A stretch of DNA of 64,000 nucleotides from Felis catus (lineage: Eukaryota): assembly GCF_018350175.1 (NCBI RefSeq), contig NC_058368.1:116252001-116316000 (forward strand), given 5' to 3'. Position 1 is the stretch's first letter, and every line of letters starts with the position of its first letter. The notes under the pieces were generated by a model. The model saw nothing but the letters and a program-made list of their open reading frames with translations, had not been told where the DNA came from and made no database searches. Shown piece by piece: positions 1 to 12,678 of the stretch. A program made the position numbers and the translations under genes.

Positions 1-51
1 CTCTGCCCTCCCCACTTGTGCACTCTCCCCCCCCCCAAAAAATAAACAAAC

Positions 52-118
52 TTTTTTGTTGTTTATTTATTTTGAGAGGGAAAAAGAGTACATGTGAACA
101 GGGGAAGGGCAAAGAGAC

Positions 119-167
<49 letters not shown>

Positions 168-290
168 CAAGCAGGCTCCATGCTGACAGAGCAAAGCTCA
201 ACTCGGGACTTGATCTCACTAACTGCGAGATCATGACTTGAGCCAAAATCAAGAGTCAGATGCTTAACCAACTGAGCCACCCAGGTGACC
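52..290 (-). mobile_element. CanSINE
   Basis: Reverse-oriented tRNA-derived head (..CCACCCAGGTGACCC), (GA)n tract, T-rich tail. Confidence 0.9.
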
Positions 291-390
291 CTACCAAAAA
301 CCTTTTTGAAAACCATTCTGCAAGGAGACCCTAACTCCACAGTAGCCTATCCTCCAACCTGTAGGTCAAGAGAAGAATTCAGCATGCCTT

Positions 391-646
391 GGGGCGCCTG
401 GGTGGCTCAGTCGGTTGAGCGTCCGACTTCAGCTCAGGTCACGATCTCGCGGTTCATGAGTTCGAGCCCCGCGTCAGGCTCTGGGCTGATGGCTCAGAGC
501 CCCGTGTCAGGCTCTGGGATGATGGCTCAGAACCTGGAGACTGCTTCCGATTCTGTGTCTCCCTTTCTCTCTGCCCCTCCCCCATTCATGCTCTGTCTCT
601 CTCTGTCTCAAAAATAAATAAACATTAAAAAAAAATAAAAAAAAAA
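391..646 (+). mobile_element. Felid CanSINE (SINEC_Fc-type) with 18-bp TSD
   Basis: GGGGCGCCTGGGTGGCTCAGTCGGTT head, (CT)n tract, A tail; TSD AAGAATTCAGCATGCCTT at 373-390 and 647-664. Confidence 0.95.
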
Positions 647-738
647 AAGAATTCAGCATGCCTTGAAACAGATCTAGGAAAGATGGTGATGGTGCCAGGG
701 GGCAAAGGATGGACCATTACCTTGAGCACTGGTCTCTC

Positions 739-811
739 TCAGTGGGAAGTAGTCATGCCCAACTTCACTTTCTCTTCATTTTCCACATCATAACCACCTC
801 TCCTATGGTAC
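739..811 (-). CDS. HBEGF: HBEGF exon 5 coding part (cytoplasmic tail and stop)
   Basis: acceptor CTCCTTCAG|GT; YHRRGGYDVENEEKVKLGMTTSH then TGA (741-739); exon continues 18 nt to donor AAG|GTAATG at 721/720. Confidence 0.96.
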
Positions 812-1610
812 CTGAAGGAGACAAGTTTTGTGAGCAAGATTTGCCTGCTTTGATAGGGTGTGGGTCCAGAGAAGGTCCTTCTAAAGGACACTGCAATGGT
901 CGTTCTGTCCGTTACTTGGATAAGCCAAGAGGGTATGGCAGCCCAACAGACCTCTGGTCAAACGCCCAACTTGCCCCAGGGAATACCTGTCTCTAACAGC
1001 AAAAGCTATAATTTGCTGAGAACTTTCACCTCATTTACAGGATCCTCACAACATCCTGATGAGGTAGGTAGACAGAGATTACAATCACTGTAAGATTATA
1101 ACCCTCAGAAAGACAGGCAACTTGGTCCAGGTCTCACGACAGATAATTTACACTGCTTGAAAACAGGCACAGAGTGCTTGGCAGGTTTCTCCCAGTCTAG
1201 AACATAACCTGGACTAGAAACATGGCCTGGGGTCAAGATGCCTCAGAATTAGAAGACTATACCAATAACCATATACCACCCAAGCTCTATCAAACCACAT
1301 ACTAATGCCACCAAAGAACAGGGCAAAGAGAAAGAACTGTGTGAAGAGGTGGATCCATGGATGGGTTACTGTGCCTGCTATGAGAAGCAGGAGCTGCTAT
1401 GGCCTCACAATTTTTGCCCTGTGCTCTGGACACCGGATTCATGTCATGCCAGAGAAGCCGGGTTCCCAGAGAACCTGTACTCCAGAATGTCGGTCAAATG
1501 CCTAGCCCCGAGTTTGGGAGGTTGGAGGGCTCATGTGATCACAGGCAGAAGACCCAGGAGGAAGGATGGAAGTGACACGCAGAAACAGCCTGCAGGGGCC
1601 CAATACTCAC

Positions 1611-1766
1611 CGAAACATGAGAAGCCCCACGATGACAAGCAGACAGACAGACGACAGCACCACAGCCACCACAGCCAGGACGGTCGTATGGTCATAAGTA
1701 TATAAGCGGTTTTCCACCGGGAGGCTCAGCCCATGGCACCTCTCTCCGTGGTAACCTGGGTGGCAG
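1611..1766 (-). CDS. HBEGF: HBEGF exon 4 (end of EGF domain, juxtamembrane and transmembrane)
   Basis: acceptor AAACCAG|CT; ICHPGYHGERCHGLSLPVENRLYTYDHTTVLAVVAVVLSSVCLLVIVGLLMFR; donor CG|GTGAGT; 156 nt. Confidence 0.97.
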
Positions 1767-3657
1767 CTGGTTTAAGACAGAACAAAGCAGAGAGGAGGTT
1801 AGTGGTTTGGCCTCTCTCTATAGGCAATGGCCCATCTACCTAAGCCAAACCCCAGTCCTCACAGCCTCAGTCTATCAACCCCTGACTCGATTCCTATCCC
1901 GATTCCTGCCCTTCCTCTATCCTTCTAGTAGGAATTCAGTAGAAGACTTTTGGGGAGCCCTTCTGAAGGTTCTGTGGCCTTCCTTCCCAATTCCTCACCC
2001 TCTTCTCCATTTCCTCTGGCTGTCTGGCTGGAGATTCCCACTCCAGGCAGGGAAAAAGTGAGGGTGGACTTGAAGGTCTTAGCTAGATACGTTCCATGTG
2101 TGGATGATTTATTACATGTGTGTTAAGAGGTTTTGTTTAAGGCCTTCAGAAGACTTAGGCCCATGAGCTGGTGGGTTGAGCTGAGGGGACTGAGTATCAC
2201 TCCCTCTAGTGAGGCCCCTCAACTCTGACCTAGAAATAAACCCAGGCTTCTCCACCACTGCTTCCAGCACTCAGTCCCTCTCAGCCACGGCCCAGCCTAT
2301 TAATAGGTCCTGTTCATTTGCCAGGAGTCATTTTTCTCAAGTTCCCTCCATTTAACTCCCAGCTCCCCCTGGGTGCAGAGCCCAACTTGAGAGCTTAACA
2401 TCAACTTTTGACCTCTGAACCCTGGGCTATCTGGCCTCCTTCATCACAGGACAAAGCAAACAAACCAAGGTAACTTCTTGCCCAGCTGTCTTGCCAGAGT
2501 GTGGAAGAATGTCAGAAACAACCCCCTAGCTTTTCACACTCGAGAAATAAATCAGATGACAGCCACCTCTTCCAACATAAAGCACTTCCTGGAAGCTCTT
2601 AGGAAGACTCAGAAGTGCGTTCAGTTGAACAAGCACATTCATGTTCCTTTCTTTATCTGAGCACCCGAGAGGCCCTTTGATGTAGATGGAAGCCCCGTGC
2701 TAGAGAAAGGCCGAGCTATCTTCCCAGTGGTCACTCAGCAGAGCAGAGGTGTGGTCTTGGTTTGTCTGACTTTGAGCTCAGTTTGCTCCCCAATTGCACC
2801 CACAACTGCACTGGCACTGTCTGCCTGGGGACTTTAGGCCACTAGCTTGCTGAAGGAAGCACTGAGAACCTGGTGGGCCTCTAGCCTGAGCTGCACCTCC
2901 TCTGGGAAGTACATTATGCATATGGTGCCTCAGAGCAAGGAAATCCTTCCTTCTGCCGAGAGGCACCTGGGAAACAGATCTCTCCAGACCTGGCAGCAAC
3001 AGACAGGCCAGGCTGTGCTTGTGGGGTGCCAAGCACCTCTCCCTGCCCTGGATCCTCCTGGGTGTTTTGGGGAACCACCTCACTGAAGGATAAAATGTGG
3101 GTCAGGCCCATATACACATAGCAGGGCACACAGCTCTTTACCCAGCCTCTCCATGAATCTAATCTGTTCTATCAGCCAAGGTGGGCAAAACAATAACCCT
3201 CCCCCTGCTCTTATGGAAGACACTCTTAGGAGTGCCCTTGGGAAATCACATCTGCATAACAGTTTACAGTTGATAAGACACTAGCCTTACCTGCTAGCTC
3301 AGCTGAGACTCAACATCTGGTAGACAGGTACAGACCCATTTTACAGATTGAAAGAATAAGATTAAGGGTCAGAGGGATTGTGATTTGCCAAAAGTAACAC
3401 AACTAAAAAGCAACAAGGCTAAGACTAGAAAGTAGTCATAGCAGATTCCAATTCATGATTCTTTCTACTCTGAACAATGCAGGCTACCCCAAGGAAACAC
3501 ATATCTGATGAGGTGATGGGTTCCTGGGGCAGTCTGACCCTGCTCTTTGACTTACTATTTTACTATTATTATTATTAACTTGAATAATAAATACCAAACA
3601 TTAAAGGCTTATGTGAGCCAAGTACTCTGTGCTAATTGCTTTATAAGAATCATTTCA

Positions 3658-3843
3658 GGGGCTCCTGGGTGGCTCAGTCAATTAAGCATCTGACTCTTAA
3701 CTTAGGCTCATGGTTCATAGGTTTGAGCCCCATGTTGGGCTCCAAGCTGACAGCGCAGAGCATGCTTGGGATTCTCTCTCTCCTCTCTCTGCCTCTCTCT
3801 CTCTCTTTCTCTCAAAATAAATAAATAAACTTAAAAAAAAAAA
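3658..3843 (+). mobile_element. CanSINE
   Basis: Head GGGGCTCCTGGGTGGCTCAG; TSD AAGAATCATTTCA on both sides. Confidence 0.9.
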
Positions 3844-6800
3844 AGAATCATTTCATTTAATCTTAAAAACATCTCTCTGAAGTAGGAGTTACTACCCCCA
3901 TTTTAAAGATGGAGAGACTGAGGCTTAAGTTGTTTAGCTAATTTGCCCAAGGTTACACAGCTAGTGAGTGGTAAAGCCAGGATTCAACCCAGCAGTCTAG
4001 ATGACTTCAGAGACTGTGCTCCCTCGGGGGAAGGGAAGCCGAAGCTCAGTCTGTTTTTCACTTTCAGCCATCACTCAAACCCCACAGGTAGTTACTCAGA
4101 TGATAGAAATAAAGCTTGGCCTCAGAGTCCCGCAATTCAGTTACATAATCCCTCCACCCCCACCCTGAGTCAAAAGGATAATAATGTAAACATCCTAATA
4201 TTACCCACCTCCCCCTCCCTTTGCAGATGACTCCTGGCTTCCCCTGGGAAGGAGGGGGGATGAGAACGTTCCAAGCATCCTGGGTGGGGGCAAGATCATG
4301 TGTCTTACCCAGAGCCAGCAACCCACCAAACTGGAACATGTTCCTCCTACCAATGTTTGTGACCCATTTCAGAATTTGTGTTACAATAGAAGTTAAAACC
4401 CTCTAGGGTCTAAAGACATCTTCCAAACTGGGTTTCTCCAGTTTGGATGTCAGAATACATGAGTTCCAGATCAGTCCCACTGCTATTTCTAGCCAAGTGA
4501 TCTTGAGCAAGTTACTTTTACCTTTGTAAGCTTTGGTTTCCTCGTGTGAAACACAAGAATAATAAACACCCGCCTCGCTAGCGTATTTTGAGATCAAATG
4601 AGACTATACAGGTAAAATCACTTAGCAAAAGACCAAGTCTCACCAAACTGTGACTTATTGTATCATTAGACGCCAGAGGGTACTGCCCTGAGGTATGGGC
4701 GGCCAAAGTCAGATGGAGCCAAAGAGAAGGGGGCTCACCATCCCTTTTCAGGATCTGGCCAATGAGGCCAAGGGGAGGCTCCAGACCCATTTCTCTTCCA
4801 ACTGAGTTCTCCTCAGCCTGACTGCCCCAAGGTTTCCTCCAGCCACAGGAAATTTCACAGCCAGTTGCTGGGTCAGCAGCTAGTTAGGAGCCCCAGGAAA
4901 CTGCTCTTTGAGGGCAGCGTTGGCTGGTGACACAAAAGGGCTTTCCTGTGAATGGTGGCTGTGGAGGACCGGCTTAGGAAGCCAGCTAGCCTCAAGCTCA
5001 CAAGGGCAGCCTGAACACACCCTAGCTGGTGGTTCCTGGGTCTAGAGGGAAGGAGGAGCAACAAAGGGCCCCAAAGGTAGGTGACCAGATATCACATTTG
5101 CCCAAACCAGGAACTATGTGTCTTCTTGCTGCATTCTGCCCAGAGTACCAAAGGCCGGAGTGAGGGGGGCAGCCAAATCGGACACTGAATCCAGCCCCTT
5201 GAAAATCTGCTTAGGAAGCAGAGACAAGGTCTTCAAATCAGGTTGGCATGCCCTTAGGCTAGTAAAAGCCTTAAGATACCTCTAACATAACAGCTGCCCT
5301 CTATAAAATCCTATTCAAACTCTGTAAGGACAGATAGGGAAGAAGGACACAGGCCAACATCCAATACAGCCTGGGGGCATGAAAAGCACGCTGGAATGGA
5401 AGTCAGGCACCTGAATCCCTGTCCTGTTTCCATCCACTTATTTAGCTGTTGATCTCAGGCAAATCACTTCCTACTTCCTGGCTCTAGTTTCCTTACCTTT
5501 CAACTAGAGATAGCAAGCCCTTGCCAACTTCCCTAGGGCTTTTGAGAATCCTAGGACATGACTGTAATTCCCTATCCCCTAGAATAGTTGGCACCAAGTA
5601 GGCACTCAACACATACCTGCAGGGCTCAGCTCATATTAAATGTTAATAGTGAAGTTATGGGGCAAAGGAGAGAAGGCATCATCATGAATATCATCACTAT
5701 CCCTAGGGCCACCTTGGCTCTGGGCACCCTTATCTACTGGCCTTAGCTGGTGGGTCAAGCCCAGCCCTCTAGGACAGCAGCCTTACAAAGGTTCTCAGCT
5801 GAGCAGTGGAAGACCACCCACCAAAGCTCTGGACCGGTTTGGCCCAGACAGATTCCTGGCCTCAATCCATCTTGCCTACCCTCAGAGTCACTGCCTCCAC
5901 CCTGTGCTAATGACAGCATTTTACAAATTTAAGACAAATATTCCCTACCCTATCCCAAGACCCTATGAGGACTGTCTATGTTACTCTAAAGCAACTCCCT
6001 CCAATACCAAGCTCCTGACAAGGGCGTTATAAGAGAGGACACACAAGTGATCATGGACAGGGTAGAGTGATGTCTTGCCAAATGCCAAATATAGGGCAGC
6101 TTTGCTATGTAAGATCAGACAGGACAAGGAAACTTAAAACAAGGGATCTTTACAAGTCACAACAGAAGAGATGCCAGGCAGTCAGCCTTTTTGACAGGTT
6201 GAGAGGTGGTGTACACCTAATCATCTCCTGGCCCTGTCCAGAGTCTCCCAGGTCACAAAGACTGTCCTTTGTAGGGACCTTGTGTCCAGAGGAAGAGTGG
6301 ATGTTTGTAGTCTGATGTGGGTGTTGGCCTCAGGCACAGTGGCGACATTATGCCTGCCAGAAAGCATGGCTGTGCCGTCACCCCCGAGGGGTCGCCAAGG
6401 CTGCCGTTTGCTGGGTTTGGCCTAGCAGAATAGCTGCGGAACCCATGGCCCTTCCACCCAGGGAAGGGGTGGTGCTGCCTGACGGGGGGCTGATGCCTTC
6501 TGGGTTGGGTTCCATTTCCTGTTAATCTGGCACAAAGGAAGTGTTCTCCCATTCCCATGGCCAAAGGCCAATACCTACCATGTCCCCCACCTCCTGGCCC
6601 TTGCTGGGATGAGGAAGAAGAGAGGAGGGGCTTCTCCCTGCTCTCATGGTGATCACTTCCCGTAGAGTCCCGCCGTTCCTTCAAATCAATCCATACGTGC
6701 TCACTCATATGAGTGGACATATGTCCAAGCACACACATCTGCACAGTGTGAGTTTGACTGCACCTCATACCTGCCTGCAGGGCTTGGGAAAGGAGGCCAC

Positions 6801-7179
6801 AGGAGCTCCACTCCCCCTCAGGAAGCCTACTCTGCCATGTGTCCTACTGGCTTCTCCCATCTGGAGTAGGGCATAAGGTAGGAATGAAGGACCTGCCTGC
6901 AGGTATAAGCTCTCCTAGCCACATGCTCGTGTCTGAGCAAGCAGGAAATGTCCCCAAGGATGAAAGAGCGTCACAAACCTACACCACAGGAAATTACATC
7001 CTATGCGGGGGAGAGCCCCTTCCGCTGACTAAAAATATTTCCCCTCCTCCCAACTTCCGCCTAAAGATTGAGAAGAAACTGAGTAGAATTATGAATTCAA
7101 GGAACAGTGACAACGAGGAACAGCCACGTGACTGACAAAGAGTGTGCTGAGGAGAGTCAGCCCGGAAAGGGACACTTAC

Positions 7180-7357
7180 ATGCAGGATGGAGCCCGGAGC
7201 TCCTTCACATATTTGCACTCTCCGTGGATGCAGAAGTCCTTGTATTTCCGAAGACATGGGTCTCTCTTCCTCCCTAACCCCTTGCCTTTCTTCTTTTTTT
7301 TCCCACGCTCCTCCTTGCTGGGTGTCACCAGAGGCTGTGGCTTGGAGGAGAAAGCGG
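7180..7357 (-). CDS. HBEGF: HBEGF exon 3 (heparin-binding basic region and first part of EGF domain)
   Basis: acceptor TTTTCTCCTGCAG|CC; AAFSSKPQPLVTPSKEERGKKKKKGKGLGRKRDPCLRKYKDFCIHGECKYVKELRAPSC; donor AT|GTAAGT; 178 nt. Confidence 0.97.
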
Positions 7358-8409
7358 CTGCAGGAGAAAAGTACCCTGTTAAGTTTTTGACTTTCCGGGG
7401 GTTAAGAATTCCATCCATGTCTGGACGGAAAACATACTCTGTGACCCCACCTGAAGTGAGAAGACTTGGGTAGACCCCTTGGCTCAGGGCCTCCCAGGGG
7501 CTAAAGGAGGACTGGGCAGAACAACCAGAAAGCAGAGGAGGAAGTAGAGGCTACAGGGGTCCCAAGGAACACGTTTCGCAAACTCAGTTTAAGAACTTCA
7601 TTCTAACAATGTTAGCTTCTATTGAGTAACTGCAGCTGACGGGGCATTTCTACCAACCTCACTCCACCGTCCGTCCCCATCTACTCCTCCACACCCACTT
7701 GGTTCTATTTTGGCCTTAAATCAGCCTCATTTCCTGATGCTGCACTCAGTGACCCACTTGCAGGAAGACAGTGTCAGAGATAAAAATTGCTTCTGGAGAA
7801 GGTACTTGGAAGGGTTTTTTTTTTTGGGGGGGGGCTCCTAAAATAACAACAGTGTACATGTCCAGGTGGCCCCCTCTGAGGCACCTATTAGCACCAGGGT
7901 ACCATGAGCTCAGGCCAGAGCCAGGCTTGGGGACCACAAGCAGGCCATGCCTGGTCAGGGCCTTGCTTTTTTGACTTCAAGCAGAATATTTACCCTGCTC
8001 TGTGCCCTTTGCAGCTCACCACTTCTCTCAAATGTCTATTTACATTTATCCCCTAATGTCCCATTTATAGTTTTCCAGGATGGGGAGTATGGTGTATACA
8101 AGGGGGAGAAATATGGAAAGTAAGGAACTATCCAGAAGGAACTGGAACAATGATGACTCCCCCCCCCCCCATTCTTTCCACACTTCAAAGGGGGAAAAAT
8201 AGCCTCACACATCCAGCTGGGACTGACTATGGGCTACACCCATCAGCCCATCGGGGGTCTGATGCCAGTCCCCTCATCCCCTGCTCCCAGCAGAAAAAAA
8301 TGTGCCCACTCTCCATGGCTGTAGCCATGTGTCTGGCAGAAGGGTGAACATCACATATTAGATTAGAGACTCAGGATCCTCAAGCTGGAAGTGACTTGAA
8401 AGAATATCA

Positions 8410-8635
8410 TGGGGGCGCCTGGGTGGCTCAGTCAGATGAGCAGCTGACTCTTGATTTAGGCCCAGGTTATGATCTCACGGTTTGTGAGTCTGAGCCCTAC
8501 GTTGGGCTCTGTGCTCATAGCGCACAGCTTGCATTGGATCCTCTGTCTCCCTCTCTATGCTCCTCCCCCACTTGCACTTTCTCTCTCTCTTGAAAAGAAA
8601 TAAATGTTAAAAAAAAATTAATATATACAAAAAAG
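8410..8635 (+). mobile_element. CanSINE
   Basis: Canonical head and A tail; TSD-like GAAAGAATATCATGG / GAAAGGATATCATGG. Confidence 0.9.
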
Positions 8636-10412
8636 AAAGGATATCATGGCTTTCCACTTTCAGATAAAAAACCTGAGGTCCCCAAAGGCATGACTTGGTA
8701 AAAGTCATGCAGGGTTGAGATCAGAAATGTGGTCTCTGGACTCCATCCATATCCTGTATTCTTTCCCAATATACCAAGGTGCCTCATACACCCTTGTCCC
8801 TTCCCCTGGACAAGTCTACAGCACCTGGGATGTTGAACCAGGAATGAAACAATGAATGGGCTCTGAACTCAGCAGATCTGTGCTCTAATTTCATTCCTGC
8901 GATCTTGGGCAAATGGCTTACTTTCTCTGAACCTTGGGGTTCTTAGTGAGTAGTGGATAGCAGGAATTCAATCTGAGAGGGTTGCTACAGGATTAATTAA
9001 CCCACAATAGCATAATGAGTGCCTAGAACACAGTAGGTACTTAATAAATGGTAATGGCTATTCATTTTAGATGATAGGATCCTCAGACCTCACCTAGCAA
9101 AGCCAAGAGAAGGGAAAGCAGGCAGGTGCAGTAGTCCTCAGTTTCCTCTGGTGCAGACCCAAGCACCTTCAGAGCTCAGAAGGTGAGGCAGATGCTCAGA
9201 GGAATCGAGTGACCAGAGCCGTGGTGAAATTGTGGCAGGAGGGCCAAGTCAATCAGAGAGGGGAGGAAGAGAGTGACAGGGTGACAGCCAGGCTCTTGCC
9301 AGGGACAGAGAGCAGTGAGTCAGGTTTGCAGAGGTATGAGGAGCAGCCGTGTGGGTGGAGGGTGAGTCACAGCCCAGCTCTGCCCTGACTAGGAGGAGAG
9401 GGCTAGGAGAATCCAGGTTGTTCCGGCCAGGGTGGCCCAAGAAGGCTACTATGAGGAGACGAAGGGTGGCAGCCCAGGCTCAGCTTTAGAGCTGACCCTT
9501 GATTTATACAAGCAGAGACAGCACCTGAGGGAAGTTCTGGGTAAGGAGAGGGAACGGTGGCTGAGGAGCCGGCCTAGCAGCAGGGCTAGAACAGGTGGGT
9601 ATCTTTCCAACCAAATACAGTAACTCTGGGGCCCCAAGGCTCGATCCCTGCTCCACCCTCAAGAATCACTGCAGGTGGCCTGGGGCAGGGCAGTGGGCAA
9701 TGCTGGAGACTCTGGACTCTGCCCTGTGCCAGTACTCAACCACAGCCACATCTGCTGGTTGGAGGATCCCACCTGGCCCTTCCTCCCTTGGAGTCTCTCT
9801 CAAGGACTCAGGATGGTCAGGAGGTCTCCAGGCTTTGTGTAGGATTTGTGGACACACAGCATTTCTGTATATCTCCCTAAGGACTTAGTGCCCACCATTC
9901 ATAGCCTCCCCAGGAGGTGCTGGCCTCACCTGGAGGGCCAAGTGTTCCTCATTCCCCTCTGTTTCTCCAACCTGGAGACAGGTAGATGGAGAAGACTACA
10001 CACCTACTATATTCCTAGGACCTCCACCTCTGTCATTTTATACATTATAGTCATTGGATATAGGAATCAAGACCTGCACCCATTTTTGTATAGAAACTCT
10101 AGGGAAAGCATCTCAATCATGACTTATTCCTTACTCCAGCTTACCCCAGAGGAATGTACAAGACCCCAGACCCCTGCCTTCTCAATGTGCCCAGAAGGGC
10201 AGCAACCCGGCATGTGAAATTCAACAGCAAGAAAGACCCTGGGACCCACATTTCAGAATCCCCCAGTATGCTTGTCAGGCCCCGCAGCTTTTCCTTGAAG
10301 TCCTCCGTGAATACCTCCAACCCACAAGTGTGCCCAAACAGCATGAATCCTGTATCCACTTATTTTTCAATTGCCCACTGGGGTCCGAGGATGGGGGAGC
10401 CCTCACACCCAC

Positions 10413-10586
10413 CTCTGAAAAGGTCCAGGTCTGTCTCTTCCAAGTCCAGGACTTCCCTGCCCCGGCTGCCTCCCGAGGGCAGCAGCTGGTCTGTTGATTC
10501 AGTGGGAGAGTCCAGGTTGCTGGTTCCAGCTGCCAGTCCTCTTCGAAGCCGCTCCAGGCTCTCGCCAGTTACCAATGCCGAGAGCA
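10413..10586 (-). CDS. HBEGF: HBEGF exon 2 (propeptide)
   Basis: acceptor CCCGCAG|TG; VLSALVTGESLERLRRGLAAG...EVLDLEETDLDLFR; donor GAG|GTGGGT; 174 nt. Confidence 0.96.
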
Positions 10587-10589
10587 CTG

Positions 10590-11320
10590 CGGGTGAGGGG
10601 CAAGGCCGCATTAGACCCCGCGGTCACCACGCACCAATGCTGGCGCCCGTCCGCCAGGGAGCACGGGCCCCACCAAGTGGCCCGCGCTGGGGTCGCCGCA
10701 GCGACCTTCCCCCGTGCCCCCAGCACAGTGTCCCCAACCCCCCGACCTCCGGGGGCGTTGGCAGCCCTCTCACCTGCAGCCAGAAAGACCTTCAGTACCA
10801 CCGACGGCAGCAGCTTCATGGTCCTGGACCCGGCGGAGGCGGCGAGGCAGCAATCACTTTGGAGGCGGCGGCCACGGGGCGCTGGCACGGGAGCCCGGGC
10901 GGGCGGAGCGCAGGAGATTGCGCCCGGTACGGTCTGCTGCGGGCCTCTGGGTGCAAGCCTGGCTGGGACCTGCGTGGAGCTAGCGGCCGCCGGGCGTCTG
11001 TCCGATTGCTCAGTCAGTCCGCCCGCCCAAGCCCTTGCGTCTCGGTTAGGTTGGCCAGCCACGCGCCACCCGCAGGTCCCTCGGTCGACTGAACGATTCC
11101 CGGCGCGCGGCTGGGAATAAGGCTCTGGGAGGCGCCGAAGCTCCGCCCCGCCCTCTCCCCCCCTCCCGCGCTGGGCCGCTCGCCCGGCTCCCGGCGCCGG
11201 CCGCGCAACCCCCGCAGCCCCCCACTCCGCGGGCGCGGCGGGGGAAGGGGCGGGAGTAGGGGGCGGCGCTCACATATTTTGGGACAAGGCCAGGGCAGCC
11301 GTCGCCAGGCTGTGGGTAGT
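10590..11320 (-). promoter_or_regulatory. HBEGF: HBEGF CpG-island promoter / 5'UTR
   Basis: Very GC- and CpG-rich; GC boxes (CCGCCCCGCCC at ~11143-11153, GGGGCGGG at ~11247); AT-rich TTATT element (minus strand) at ~11116-11120 just upstream of the probable start region. Confidence 0.85.
10774..10819 (-). CDS. HBEGF: HBEGF coding exon 1 (signal peptide)
   Basis: ATG at 10819 (context GGACCATGA); MKLLPSVVLKVFLAA; donor CAG|GTGAGA; 46 nt. Confidence 0.96.
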
Positions 11321-12446
11321 GCTACTGACCGGCAGGTGGCGGGGACTAGTTCCTACCTTTCCCCAGACGCTTGTCGCGCTGCAGCCTTGTGACTGCTACG
11401 CTCTGCCCTTGGACACCTCTCTTTCTGCGCTGGTTCCAGGCTGGTCCCTCCAGCCATCCCTGCTCCAAACCAGGGATCTGCACCCATGTCACCTTCTGAA
11501 AGGAGACACTTCCTTTTTTGCCTAGCAATACAGCAAATAGTAAATGATAATTTATTTTATCGTTTAAAAATTAGACGCATGAAAAAAATTAGACACACGA
11601 ACGGCAGCAGGTCTCATGAGCTACAAGTAATCAGAGTTGCAGTTGCAGCAAAAACAAAGGAAGTTAGTATTCCTCCAGCAGCTAGAGTGGCTTCCCTCCA
11701 TGTTTCTCGCAGGGGGATAAAGTCTTCATTAAGATTTTTGAACTATGGATTATAATTCCCAGGCTTCTGGGATTGGAAAGACAACGGTTGTGCAGCAAGC
11801 CTCATACTTTTTTTTTTTTTTTTTTTTTTTGACTTGGAACAGCACCTTCTTCTCCAACGTAAAAACTGAGACCTTCTTCCACAGGACCCAGCTGGTTAGC
11901 CTAAGTTGCTATTTTCAACAGGTGCCAGGAGATTGATGCGTTTCTCTTCCAACCTATGTGTTTTTACAGGGGTCTTCGGCAGTCGGTGTCCTGACCCAAA
12001 GAAATTACTCTCCCAGTAGATATTTCAGCTCCCAGGGACGTACTGGGGAGGGAGTTGTATGACATAGGGCTGGGTTGGCATTCAGAGCCCTCAGATTGTG
12101 CCAGATAGAGCTGCTTGCCTGATTCAGCCCATGTGTAGGGATAAAAACAGGCCTCCTATTTATACACAGGCTATCCCACTGTCTCTCTCCGTCTCCACTT
12201 TTGCAGGGGATCTGCCCTCTTGACTTGCCCCTAGCAACCACTCCCAGGCTGAGGTTTCCATAGGAAACACTGTGGAAATCACTATCTGGAATCACTACAG
12301 ATCTAAGTTGGAATATTGACCTTGCCACTTATTGAGTGAGTGTGAACAAGATATTTAATCTCACTGTGCCTCAATTTCCAAATCTCTCAAATGGGAATGA
12401 TAATAATGTGTATTTTATAGAGAACTTTTTAAAGATTGAATGAAGA

Positions 12447-12617
12447 GGGACACCTGGGTGGCCCAGTTGGTTAAGCATCCAACTCTGGGTTTTGGCTCAG
12501 GTCATGATCTCATGGTTTGTGAGTTAGAGCCTCGAATCAGGCTCTGTGCTGAAATCAAGGAGCCTGCTTGGGATTCTCTGTCTCCCCCTCTCTCGGCTCC
12601 TCCCCTGCTCATGCTTG

Positions 12618-12649
<32 letters not shown>

Positions 12650-12678
12650 AGCAAATAAATAAACTTTAAAAAAATAAA
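12447..12678 (+). mobile_element. CanSINE
   Basis: Head GGGACACCTGGGTGGCCCAG, (CT)n tract, A tail. Confidence 0.9.

Larger units (their letters stand above)
721..11100 (-). other. HBEGF: HBEGF gene (heparin-binding EGF-like growth factor / diphtheria toxin receptor), exons 1-5; final 3'UTR exon lies left of the window
   Basis: Exons 10774-10819, 10413-10586, 7180-7357, 1611-1766 and 739-811 join through GT-AG introns into a 627-nt ORF (208 aa): MKLLPSVVLKVFLAAV...KKKKKGKGLGRKRDPCLRKYKDFCIHGEC...CHGLSL...TM...RYHRRGGYDVENEEKVKLGMTTSH*. The transcription start is approximate. Confidence 0.97.

Noticed and set aside
391..470. tRNA-like sequence at SINE heads
   Set aside because: CanSINEs are tRNA-derived; there is no complete cloverleaf gene.
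285..617. Recurrent short ORFs of the type WVAQSVKRPTSAQVMIS...SLEPASDSVSPSL throughout the window
   Set aside because: Translations of CanSINE bodies, not a protein family.
10154..11092. 312-aa plus-strand ORF (and the 208-aa ORF at 10494-11120)
   Set aside because: Antisense shadow of HBEGF exons 1-2 and the CpG island; non-ATG start, low-complexity R/P/G/S composition, no recognisable domain.
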